Source: Sporopachydermia quercuum
Taxonomy: Eukaryota
DNA: 64,000 bases
Assembly: GCA_001599295.1 (NCBI GenBank)
Contig: BCGN01000006.1
Coordinates: 868,001 to 932,000 of the forward strand
Direction: 5' to 3'
Shown here piece after piece: positions 1 to 10,808 of the stretch. The position numbers were made by a program, and so were the translations under genes. Below the pieces are notes generated by a model that was not told the origin of the DNA, did not search any database, and was given only the letters and a program-made list of their open reading frames with translations. Numbering within the stretch: position 1 is the stretch's first letter; each line of letters starts with the position of its first letter.

Positions 1-3000
1 GCATTGCCTGAAAACATCCGTGAGGAAATATTAGCTCAGCAAGACATGGAAGTTATTAGTGATGAAGAGGGAGAAGATATTGACGATGAGGACATTGAAT
101 CCGGAGACGATATAGACGAAGAGGACATTGATATTGGAGATGATGCACCAGGATCATTAAGAAGACAAAGCGGGGAAGATAACATCTCCGGATCAGCTTC
201 GACTTCCAATTTAGGGTCTAAATCTGATAAGATATCCAACTCAACTAAACAAAAACGGAAATCATTTACATCCTTCTTAGATCGTCCTGGCATCGCATCC
301 CTCATGAGATTGTTATTTATCCCTCAGGATAACCATAAAAGAGAAACATTATTGCAAATTGTTGACATTGTAGCATCAAATCGTCAATCCCGAATCGATA
401 CGTTGACTTTATTATTGACAATACTCCAGGATGGCATTACTGACNCCAAGTCATTAGAAAAATGCTTCTCGCAGGTAACTATACGTAGCAATAGTGTTCC
501 TATTGGTATGATAGGATCAACGGGAGTTAATACATCGGTGACAGCAGCTGGAGGTCCACAAGGAACATCTGCTGGACCTTCTGGAGCTTCNGGATATTCG
601 GGACCAGCAGCCAAATTAGGGACGCCGAGAAAATATGCTACCCCACAGAAAACATTCACCAAAGCTGAACTCTCAGGACTGTTCCCGAAAGACTGTACAC
701 CTGTAGTTGTTTTAAATCAAGCAATTCATTTGCTGGATGCTATTTTGGAACAGAAAGTTGAATCACGGGCATTTTTCCTAACCGAACACGAAAATATCGT
801 TAGCCGGAAGAAAGCAAGTGCAAGGAAAGGCAAAGAAAGAGACAATAGGGATAGAGATGTTTATAATAAGAGTCAACGGTATCCTATAAATGTTCTGCTT
901 GGATTATTAGATAAGCCAACAACCAAGAAAGGCACTGTATGGATTGAGGTAATCACCTGTGCATTAAGCCATGCAACTAAGCCTTTATTAAGCCTTTTAA
1001 AAGCGAAAGAAGATGGTAATAAGAAAGAGGGTGATAATGCAGAGGAAGTGGAAGAAAGAACTTCGGATAAGATGTCGGATGTTATTCCGGAGACTATATC
1101 GGAGGCACAAACAGTAGAATCCTCGGCAGTAAAATCAGAACCAGTCTCGGGATCAACTGAGGCAACGGAACGTTCTAAGGGTAAAAAATCGAGCCAAATA
1201 ACACCAGAGCCTCCAGTTATACCAAAACATAACCTGGAACTTCTCGTATCGGTATTCACCGAAAGAGAATGCTCATCAAGAACGTTCCGGAACACATTAG
1301 CTATTATGCAACATATCTCGGCTATTCCTTCCGCTCGGAAGACGTTTGCTGCCGACTTGTCGGAAAACGCTTCCCGATTAGGTAAATTACTAGTCACCGA
1401 CTTAGAACATCTACTCTCCGAACTGAAAACTACTGAACCGGGCAAAGATGTACCCGGAGCAACCCTTTCTCGGTTCTCTTCATCCGGTTCTCTTCAGAGT
1501 AAATTGCTCCGAGTTCTAACGGCATTGGACTATCTATTTGCCAAACCTTCGGACAAATCTTCCGATAAAAATACCGGATTATTAGAACCCGAATTGGCTT
1601 CCCTCACCTCTTTATATGAAAAATTGGCCCTGGGAAAACTATGGAACGCTTTATCGCAATGTCTACTTATTATGCAACAAAGAGCTGATTTATCTCACGT
1701 TGTAACGGTGCTTTTACCCCTAATGGAATCTTTAATGGTTGTATGTAAACACAGCAAAGTGAAAGAACTACCACTGAAAGAAGTAATGAAATACGAAGCA
1801 AGAATAACTGATTTATCTACTGAACCTATTGAAAACCTGTTCTTCTCATTCACAGACGAACATAAAAAGATCCTCAACCAAATGGTTAGAAATAGTCCTA
1901 AATTAATGAGTGGACCTTTCGCTATGCTGGTTAAGAATCCGAAGGTATTGGAGTTTGATAATAAAAGAAACTACTTCAANAGGAAAATTCACCCTCCAAA
2001 GGATAAAACATACACATTAACAATAAACGTACGAAGGGAAAACGTGTTTTTAGACTCCTATAGAACATTGTTCTATAAAACCAGTGAAGAGATCAAAAAT
2101 GCCAAATTGGACGTTGTCTTCCGTGGAGAAGCAGGAGTTGATGCTGGCGGANTAAGCCGTGAATGGTATCAAGTGTTATCAAGACAGATGTTTAATCCTG
2201 ATTATGCATTATTTACTCCAGTTTCATCAGACCGAACCACATTCCATCCCAATAGAACTTCTTGGGTCAATCCAGAACATCTCAGTTTCTTCAAATTCAT
2301 TGGAAGAATCATTGCTAAGGCGATCTACGATCAAAGGTTTCTTGATTGCCATTTCAGCCGAGCAGTTTATAAACGAATTCTAGGCAAATCTGTTTCGTTA
2401 AAAGACATGGAAACATTGGATTTGGATTACTATAAATCAATGGTTTGGATGTTAGAGAACGATATTACAGATATAATCGTTGAAACGTTTAGTATTGAAG
2501 CTGATGATTATGGAGAGTTGAAAATAATTGATTTGATACCAGATGGAAGAAATATAGCTGTAACTGAAGGCAATAAACAAGAATATGTTCGACTGATGAT
2601 CGAATATAAATTACAAACAAGCATTCAGGAGCAAATGGATGCGTTTTTAACTGGATTCCATGAGATTATCCCTAAGGAACTAATATCTATTTTCGATGAA
2701 CAGGAATTAGAATTGCTTATATCTGGTTTGCCAGATATTGATGTTGATGATTGGAGAAACAATACTTCTTATGTTAATTATACACCTTCATCACCTCAGA
2801 TCCAATGGTTCTGGAGAGCTGTCCGGTCGTTTGACGTTGAAGAACGGGCAAAACTGTTACAGTTTGCAACTGGCACATCAAAAGTTCCATTATACGGGTT
2901 TAAAGAGCTTGGTGGTGTCAATGGGGTGTCTAAATTCAGTATTCATAGGGATTATGGTAGTAAAGACCGATTGCCTCAATCTCATACTTGTTTTAATCAA

Positions 3001-3093
3001 ATTGATTTACCGGAGTATGATTCATATGAAACTTTAAGAGGTTCATTATTATTAGCTGTTACTGAAGGACATGAAGGTTTTGGAATCGCATGA
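1..3093 (+). CDS. TOM1: HECT E3 ubiquitin ligase Tom1/HUWE1, C-terminal ~1030 aa (5' end lies outside the window)
   Basis: ORF is open from the window edge. It carries the LPENIREEILAQQ UBM-like motif, LEFDNKRNYF, and a full HECT domain ending LPQSHTCFNQIDLPEY...EGFGIA with the catalytic Cys. Confidence 0.95.
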   Translation, partial: ALPENIREEILAQQDMEVISDEEGEDIDDEDIESGDDIDEEDIDIGDDAPGSLRRQSGEDNISGSASTSNLGSKSDKISNSTKQKRKSFTSFLDRPGIASLMRLLFIPQDNHKRETLLQIVDIVASNRQSRIDTLTLLLTILQDGITDXKSLEKCFSQVTIRSNSVPIGMIGSTGVNTSVTAAGGPQGTSAGPSGAXGYSGPAAKLGTPRKYATPQKTFTKAELSGLFPKDCTPVVVLNQAIHLLDAILEQKVESRAFFLTEHENIVSRKKASARKGKERDNRDRDVYNKSQRYPINVLLGLLDKPTTKKGTVWIEVITCALSHATKPLLSLLKAKEDGNKKEGDNAEEVEERTSDKMSDVIPETISEAQTVESSAVKSEPVSGSTEATERSKGKKSSQITPEPPVIPKHNLELLVSVFTERECSSRTFRNTLAIMQHISAIPSARKTFAADLSENASRLGKLLVTDLEHLLSELKTTEPGKDVPGATLSRFSSSGSLQSKLLRVLTALDYLFAKPSDKSSDKNTGLLEPELASLTSLYEKLALGKLWNALSQCLLIMQQRADLSHVVTVLLPLMESLMVVCKHSKVKELPLKEVMKYEARITDLSTEPIENLFFSFTDEHKKILNQMVRNSPKLMSGPFAMLVKNPKVLEFDNKRNYFXRKIHPPKDKTYTLTINVRRENVFLDSYRTLFYKTSEEIKNAKLDVVFRGEAGVDAGGXSREWYQVLSRQMFNPDYALFTPVSSDRTTFHPNRTSWVNPEHLSFFKFIGRIIAKAIYDQRFLDCHFSRAVYKRILGKSVSLKDMETLDLDYYKSMVWMLENDITDIIVETFSIEADDYGELKIIDLIPDGRNIAVTEGNKQEYVRLMIEYKLQTSIQEQMDAFLTGFHEIIPKELISIFDEQELELLISGLPDIDVDDWRNNTSYVNYTPSSPQIQWFWRAVRSFDVEERAKLLQFATGTSKVPLYGFKELGGVNGVSKFSIHRDYGSKDRLPQSHTCFNQIDLPEYDSYETLRGSLLLAVTEGHEGFGIA

Positions 3094-4511
3094 TCTATGA
3101 TGCTCTGAATTGAATGCTACTAGCAAAAAAGGCCAGAAGTGCAATAAAACTGTTTCTATTGGTTTGGTTTCTTTATCTATTTACTACATTATTTGTTCAC
3201 TAATTTATTTATGGTTATTATTACATAATTAAAAACGCTGAATGCACATTAATGATTAATTATTATTATATATAATCTGGTTGTCACTCATTGTAATTGC
3301 TCTCAGTATTAATGAACGACAGAACAATAAAACAACATAATGACATTGTAACTGTTTCATCATTTTATGCTATACTATTAATTTATTTCTTTATTTCTAA
3401 CTACAATTATTTAATGATTCAATAGAATAAATAGTTAAGTTAGTAAACAGTAGTTTGTCAGTAATTTTTCTACACAGAAGAAGTTAAGGAGGTTTAATGT
3501 AGGTATTTAAGTTTGCTAGATTTCAGTTATCAGTGAACTTTATGTTCAGCTAGCTACTGAGGAAAAAGCACTTGATAATTATTTGAGTATGTTAATATAC
3601 TTTGAAAAACACTAAAAAGGAAGATTGATGAAGATATATAGAATTATACTCATCGAGGAGAGTGTTATCAAACAATAAGCATGTTTTTTGATATATCATT
3701 TTAATGGACTATTTGTTACTTCATTAACTACCATGATAACATATATGTATTAAGCGAACGGATGCCTACACATTGGGGTACTAATAAACTATAGTTCCGT
3801 AACAGGAAGGTGAAACAAATATCGTACCGAACTTAATTAGACAGTCGAGATATTCGTTAAAGTAAAATTAACACTTATTCTCACGGAGATGACACTAGCG
3901 CTGTAAACCCATGATTTATTGCTTTATTGATTTAACTTTTGTTGTTACGTTCTTATGAATCATCAATGAGCTTTTAGCTGAAGTTAGGTATTGCTAGCGC
4001 TTCTTCCTGCAATTGTGAATGTGCTTCAGGCGCAATTCATTGACTGTTAACACTTCTTTCTTCAATATCAAAGGACCAAAATTGCTACTGATTTATCCAT
4101 AGATTGATAACATAATTTTACTTCAATGCATCATTGATATTCATGATACTAAAGCTCCCTCCGCCTATTTCTCTCTACTGCTTCTTTTCTACCTCGTTAT
4201 GATACTTGACGTCTCATCTCATTTATTNAACATAACATTACGTAATCATTAACTTCTCTTCTCAAAATCTATCTTTCCACTATTATCTCCGTAATGTCTC
4301 CTACCATTTCCACTTCGCACTCAAAAACTTCTGTGAGCTTCTCATTCTTTTACCTTATAGATTCATATATTTACCTGCGTTATTATCTATTTGATTACTA
4401 TATATTTTCCCTCCTGATTAACTGAAAAAAAGCGATTATTCAAACTTCTTACCGCCTTCATTTACGAAATCAAATTTCATTGAGCATTAGGGTATTTATA
4501 ATGTGCTGAAA

Positions 4512-6368
4512 ATGTCATCCAATAATAAGAAACGTCAATTAGATCAACCATCATCAATACCACCAGACAAGAAACAGAAAACGGCCGAAAGATCAGGTAT
4601 AAACGTTGATGATATTCTGGCAAAGGCAAAGTCTCGTGCTTTAGAAATTGCAAATGCCCAAAAGACGAAAGTTGGGAACTCTGCGAGCAATGAGAACACT
4701 AGTGACAATAGAAGTACTACGACTAGCACATCATCTACAAATACCAAAGCTCCAGGAAATGACCTCAATTCTAGAATTGCTGCCGCCAAAGCACGTTTAC
4801 TTGAAAAGCAACAGCTGAAAGAAAAACAGCAACAAGCCCAACAAAATCAGCAGCCACACCTGCTCAAATCTCAATCAATATATAATGAAGCGCCTAACAA
4901 GAAAACACCTGCTCAATTACTAGCAGAGGCATTATCGAACAATCAAACACCAAATGACATTTTGGAACAAGAATTATTATCTAAACCGAATAAAAACGCA
5001 AGAGAAAAAGCTGATGACGATTCAACAACTTCTAAAGATGAAAACGGAACCCCCAATCCTTATTTTGAACCGATTATTAGTAATAAGCATCAATCAANAA
5101 GGAAAGCATTTCATTTTAATCCTAAGGGGAAATTCATTGCTGAAGCTGAAGAATTACGTAGAAAACAAACAATTGAGGCAGAAATCAAACAACAGGAGCA
5201 ACAATATGAACCTGATGTTAGTATTGGCGAAAACGCTTACAGAATATCCAGACCTCCAAATATTGAATGGTGGGATGCCGATTTCTTAGCACTGATTAAC
5301 AAGCATTCATACAAGAATCTTACAATTGACGATCTTGAAGGAATAATAATAAAGGATCAATCTGATCCGGCTGGTGCTAAAAATGAAATTGCTCATGATC
5401 CTCTAATTACTTCCTATATTCAACATCCAGTGCCTATCAACGCTCCATGGGAAAAGCTACAACCAGCAGAGAAACCACTGTTCCTAACGAAAAAAGAACT
5501 AAAGCGAATACGACGAAATGAAAGAGCTGAAAGACAGAAGGAAAAGCAAGATAGAATACGGCTTGGTTTAGATCCAGCACCACCACCAAAAGTTAAACTC
5601 AGTAATCTAATGAATGTACTAACGAATGAAGCTATTAAGGATCCAACAAAAGTTGAAGCAAGAGTTAGAAAAGAAGTTGAAGAGAGAAGAAAAATTCACG
5701 AAGAAACAAACGAAAAGAATAAATTAACACCAGAGGAAAAACATGAGAAGTTTATGCGGAAGCTGAATAAGGATTTGCAGAAAGGTGTTTATTGTTGTGT
5801 TTTCAGAATTGAAAGGCTAGTAAATTCTAAGCATGAATTCAAGATTGATGTTAATGCTAAAGAGTTGTTATTAACTGGAATCACTTTAGTAAGTTATGAT
5901 GAAAATAGTCCTGATGAGACTTGTGATAATGATAAGATTAACAATGTCTGTAAATTTAGTGCTGTTATTGTTGAAGGGGGCCAAAAGGCCTTGAAAGCAT
6001 ATAAAAATCTAATGCTTAGAAGGATTAATTGGACAGAAAATGAAAAACCAAAGCGAAGAGTGAAACATGAAGAAGAAGCGGAGAGAGAAATCAAACAAGA
6101 AGAAGAGAAAGAAGAAGAAAAAGACATCAAGCAAGAGAATCAAGAAGTTAAATCGGAAAACGAAGAAGATTCAAAAGATTTCGATCTTCCTTTGGAGGAT
6201 TTAAGTGATAATAAGTGTACATTAGTATGGGAAGGTCAATTGGCACAGCCACTGTTCAAAAAATGGACAATTAGAAGGTTTCAGTCTGATGAGGAAGCAA
6301 TCGATATATTAATTAGAAATAAAGCTGATCATTATTGGAGAGAAATTAAGCATTTGCCAAGGGAATAG
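4512..6368 (+). CDS. PRP3: U4/U6 snRNP protein Prp3
   Basis: Motifs PPNIEWWD, YIQHPVPI, LTKKELKRIRR, RLGLDPAPPPKVKLSNLMNVL, FKIDVNAKEL and NKCTLVWEG. First ATG is at 4512. Confidence 0.95.
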   Translation: MSSNNKKRQLDQPSSIPPDKKQKTAERSGINVDDILAKAKSRALEIANAQKTKVGNSASNENTSDNRSTTTSTSSTNTKAPGNDLNSRIAAAKARLLEKQQLKEKQQQAQQNQQPHLLKSQSIYNEAPNKKTPAQLLAEALSNNQTPNDILEQELLSKPNKNAREKADDDSTTSKDENGTPNPYFEPIISNKHQSXRKAFHFNPKGKFIAEAEELRRKQTIEAEIKQQEQQYEPDVSIGENAYRISRPPNIEWWDADFLALINKHSYKNLTIDDLEGIIIKDQSDPAGAKNEIAHDPLITSYIQHPVPINAPWEKLQPAEKPLFLTKKELKRIRRNERAERQKEKQDRIRLGLDPAPPPKVKLSNLMNVLTNEAIKDPTKVEARVRKEVEERRKIHEETNEKNKLTPEEKHEKFMRKLNKDLQKGVYCCVFRIERLVNSKHEFKIDVNAKELLLTGITLVSYDENSPDETCDNDKINNVCKFSAVIVEGGQKALKAYKNLMLRRINWTENEKPKRRVKHEEEAEREIKQEEEKEEEKDIKQENQEVKSENEEDSKDFDLPLEDLSDNKCTLVWEGQLAQPLFKKWTIRRFQSDEEAIDILIRNKADHYWREIKHLPRE

Positions 6369-6942
6369 CCTTTGAATGATATCGAATTTTTACTATAATG
6401 AATTGTCACGCTATATAAAAATAATAGACGGTAATCATCAATCGTTTAGTAGTAGATGCTATAGTTCATACTTGTATGGCAGAGGTAGCATTAATACTAC
6501 TATACATCTATTACATAAGTCAGGAATGCATGAAAAATGAATCATACATTCAAAACGGAAGGAAATAAATACCACATTTTCATTAATAGAAAATTATAAT
6601 AATATTCTGTAACATTTGTCTATTAACCATAGTGATTAAAATCGTGGAAGACATCTCTTTTTCTTACAGGGAGCTTCTTCCACGTCAAATAAATATTCAT
6701 AAGCATTGACATTTAAATATCAATTGTTTTCGTTTATTATCAACTATTTACAGAAATATACTTTGAGCTATTCACATAGGTTTTCGATCAAAAAGATTGA
6801 CTCTAACATATCTAATCAATTGAATGTATCATGTAAAAAGCATTCGACAAGAAAAACAATTAACATAGTAGATACAAGTATCAACTGTTATTGAAATAGT
6901 AATTCTTTGCCTTAAATATCCAGAAACCAATACTCAATTGAT

Positions 6943-8129
6943 TTAGTCCTTGTTGATCTTAGCCAAAATTTCACTGTCACGGAATAAAAGGAATTCCTAG
7001 TTAATTGTTAGTATTCTATTGTCATAACAAACATCAAACCTTCAAATAACAACTAAACTTACTTCAGAAGCAACTTTGACAGAACTTCCACCAAAAGCGG
7101 GGATCAAAACACTGTCACCAGCAGCAACTGATGGCTTGACAAGGTTACCATTGCTATCATGGAAACCTGGACCAACGGCTAAAACAGTAGCAACATTTGG
7201 CTTTTCGGTGTTCTTTTCAGGAATGTAAATACCACTGGCGGTTTTAACTTCAGGCTTTAATCTTTGAACCAAAACTCTATCAAGTAGAGGAACAATTGAC
7301 TTAGCTGATTTGATAATGGAAGACTGACCAACGGTTAGTATGATATATTGAAAATGAAAAGTTAAGGGTGAGATGATGGCTAATCACAGGGAGCAGATTA
7401 GATAGGGCCAGTGATGAAAAACGAGATAGATGAGCCTCAAGATAAAAGGATGCTATGTTGAACATAAAAGAGAGGTTGATACTGGATCATTATAAACGCC
7501 TTTAAACCAGTATTTAGTTTTGGACACACATCCATTGTCTACATGGTTCTCAGTTTGATATAGAGCCAATCGAAACTGATGGATTGATGAATAGCAGAAA
7601 GTGTCAAGTAAACGCAGTGAGAAAACTCTGTTTATTCTCTGAAAGATCTTCTGTTTGATTTTCGAGAAAACTAAGCTATGCTGATACAAGTCTCATACTC
7701 AAGCATCAAGGATTGAAATCAACAAATCAACAGATCAACAAATCAATAAGTAGTTCACTCATTCACTTAACAATCACTGTTCGTTAACAATAGATTTCAA
7801 CAATCTACTTTCACCAGCAACTATAAATGTTGATTCCATTTTCCTCCCTTCCAGTGATTATAAAGCATTTGATCTCCGGTAACAATCATCATCATTACTT
7901 TCCTTGCACGCCTTTTGCTTCACGTGGTTTCCAATACTATCTTCAATGCTACTTCTAATGCTTTCTTCACATTCTGTTCCTTCACAATTGAAATATCATA
8001 TCAGGGAAATTCAAACATTCCACTTCTTTCTCCCGTTCTTCCTCGTTCATGTGACAACTTCCTATTATCTATAGCTCTCTTTTGCCTATCATGCCGTTTA
8101 GACTAATCACATAATAATCAACTTACCAT
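6943..8129 (-). CDS. HSP10: Mitochondrial co-chaperonin Hsp10; exons 8129-8127 (ATG only), 7323-7063, 6996-6943
   Basis: Spliced product M-SSIIKSAKSIVPLLDRVLVQR...TASGIYIPEK...VLAVGPG...GGSSVKVASE-EFLLFRDSEILAKINKD*. Both introns have GTAAGT donors and TACTAAC 10 nt before CAG or TAG. The position of the ATG exon is inferred from ATG|GTAAGT at 8129-8121. Confidence 0.92.
7453..7710 (-). ncRNA. Candidate intronic box H/ACA snoRNA (snR37-like) in HSP10 intron 1
   Basis: On the minus strand, a stem ATACTGG...CCAGTAT is flanked by AAAAC and ACCT, complementary to the LSU rRNA context AGGU-UA-GUUUU. ACA lies at 7458-7456. A 5' hairpin ATGCT...AGCAT lies near 7706-7678. Boundaries are approximate. 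Confidence 0.45.
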
Positions 8130-9536
8130 CTTGATCTAATAAATAGTATATCTAGTATATTTAGAGATCTTTCTTTCTCAAACTTGCAGAACCGTTAGCA
8201 ATCGAAATCGTTTATCAACGGAATATTCCTTCAAAAATATAACCCGATAAATGATAACTGAATAATGTATTATCTATGAACGATTGTTGGTCAAATAATT
8301 AATAATCAATTTTCATTGAAGATATAATTCTTATTTTATATCTCAAAGGTAAGGAATTTGGAGGAGCAGAGAATGGCAAACTTTGTACTGAACTTTTCAC
8401 TCTGGGGAACAAGGGTCTAGAATGAAAATGTTAAAGAGTCTAAGTGAAAATGTAAGGGGGTAGTACAGGAGACTGAGGAAATTGTGTGATGATGGTAGAG
8501 TTTCACTTCACTGAATTTGTTTGATTGAGTTTGTATTTATGGACTAACGGAATGTCTACGGATAAATTGAGATTATTTATATTAGTTATTGTTTGTATTT
8601 GAGAAAATTCTTTTTTAACGCTAGTATTGTTTGCTCTCAAGGGGGTAGGTGCGAATTGATTAGGATATTGTATGGTAATTGGAGTATTTGTTTAGACCCT
8701 TTCAAGTATAAAGTTGAAAACTACTATATGCACTAACAGAATGCTGTAGAATTTTCGAGATAAAAATGTGGATTGAGAATGAAACCGTTCAGACTCTTTC
8801 CATGTTTTAGGTGAAAAATACGTTGCCGCCTGATATTGGACTCTGATTTTAGCGGAGACTCGAAGTAGTAAATTGAATAGATCAATAAAAGCATATTAAC
8901 CGTTGTTTAATGTTGAAAGACTATTAGTATTTGGTAAATCAGCTTTGGAAAAAGGGTATATGAAGTCCAGACAAAAGGAGTCTTTACCAGATTCACCAAA
9001 CTTATTTTGCCTCAAGCAATATGTCTCTTTTCTCTCGAAACTAATGGTTCTATAGATACTGGTTCTATTTCAATATTCACGTTGAACCAAGCCAAACAAT
9101 ACTAGCAACTCTCTCAGATAGTAATCAAGTAAATCAAATAATATATAGGTTACGTCCCTTATTATTCTATCAATAATTTCTCTTGCAACTAATCTATATA
9201 TTCATCACTCCGTTCTCTTCTACATCAATCACGTGTGTCCATTGTTTTATACGCTGTCCGTACACCATTTACCTTCTGGACACTAATTCACAAGTTTATC
9301 TCAGTGCAGATTATATCGTACGGACAAAATAGTCTCCAGAACCTTCCCCATAAGGATCTTACATTGGCATCACCATCGATTAGCCATCTACTATGAGGCT
9401 ACCCCTTTTCATATAATGGTTACATATATTGTTCTCTGGAAATTGATGTATGATTCCATTGTTGTCACATTAATCTGTTTATTATTTAACCAATTGAGTT
9501 GCTAAAGGACTCTTGAAGTGTTAAAAGATCTGAAAA

Positions 9537-10153
9537 ATGGGTGCAAATTACGTTATTTTTGGCAAGCAGGTTCATCCTTCAGCGGTAAGTGACACGATCA
9601 TTGCGTTGAGAGATTGTACATAACGGACGATAGAGATAATGGGTCAATCATTAGGGCTTCTTTGCTACGGTTGGCAAAATATTGTACATTTATGTTGATT
9701 GGCATGATTTACTGGTTTCTGATGTGGTAATTACCTGAAAGCCGAGCTGCTATTCATCAATTAGTAGATAAAATAGATATTGATAAATAAAGCGATATGA
9801 ACTGATAGAAGGGAATCATATGACTGATCAGTGTCAGCATCAGAATGACTATATGAAGTAGATAAGTTGGATCAAGTTTGAATAGATTCATTATGTGGAA
9901 CCCAATAACAAATACTGACTGATGCTATTAGCTTGCAATTATTACTCTGTCTTCTGTCGCAGCACTTGCCTTGTGGCCTAGAACTCCTGCTCCTGCTGGA
10001 ACTCCTGCTGCTACTCCTGCACCAGCTGTTGCCAAGGAAGATGATTTTGATTTAGAAAAATTCATTGCGTAAGTTACCTTTCTTCCAGAACATGTTTCTG
10101 TGCAACGGCCTGTTCTAACACATGATAGTGATATAACCAAGGAAGATTCCTAA
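9537..10153 (+). CDS. ATP19: Mitochondrial ATP synthase subunit k; exons 9537-9584, 9932-10068, 10129-10153
   Basis: Spliced product MGANYVIFGKQVHPSA-LAIITLSSVAALALWPRTPAPAG...KEDDFDLEKFIA-DITKEDS*. Two GTAAGT introns with TACTGAC and TTCTAAC branch points. The N-terminus and the DFDLEKF tail match Atp19. Confidence 0.88.
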
Positions 10154-10553
10154 TAAGAGTGATTAATGAAGCATTTAGTATGACTGATCATCAAATATGA
10201 TGGAAAATTAGGAAAATAGGTTCATATTTTTGGCATTAAAATGGGAATATTTGATTTCGAATACATAAGGATTTGTGTTTGATATCGTTGTTTATATTTA
10301 AAATAAACCATTGATTCATTGACTTTGCAGAACTGTCATTGTAGATGGTGTCTCTATATGATTACCAATAAGAAAGGCCGTAACATACGTTTTTTCCGCC
10401 CGATGTCTTTATCAGTTGACGAAACGAACAATTGCTGAAATGAATCAAGATATTTATTATCATTCGGTTTATATCTTCCTCAATGAAGTAGCTGATTACA
10501 ATCATTACTTTATACCTGTTCCTAAACATACTAGCCCATTCCCCAGCTTATGA

Positions 10554-10626
10554 AAGTTTCTGTTCTAGATCACGTGCATGGTACGTTAGGATATCTATAT
10601 TGTCACGTGCTCTAGAACAGAAACTT
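10554..10626. promoter_or_regulatory. ~25-bp inverted repeat with a CACGTG E-box (Cbf1-type) in each arm, upstream of SFM1
   Basis: AAGTTTCTGTTCTAGATCACGTGCA ... TGTCACGTGCTCTAGAACAGAAACTT; TCACGTG at 10570-10576 and 10603-10609. Confidence 0.6.
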
Positions 10627-10808
10627 CTAGTCTCTCCTCATCAGTCCTTTTGAACCACCATAATAATATTCATGACTTTCATTCATGCAGCTAAATTCTC
10701 AACTCTTTGTAACATCATTATATAAATCATTCCTGTAACTATTTCCTTGCTTCTTTCTTTTTCTTTCAGTTTCTAAAAGAGTTCAAGTAATAATAAATTC
10801 CGTTGAAC

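Noticed and set aside
8130..9500. HSP60 head-to-head with HSP10, and a heat-shock element
   Set aside because: There is no HSP60 ORF here. Only a two-unit GAAtaTTC (8221-8228) is visible, too weak to call an HSE.
9928..10140. 70-aa minus-strand ORF
   Set aside because: It is the antisense shadow of ATP19 exon 2.
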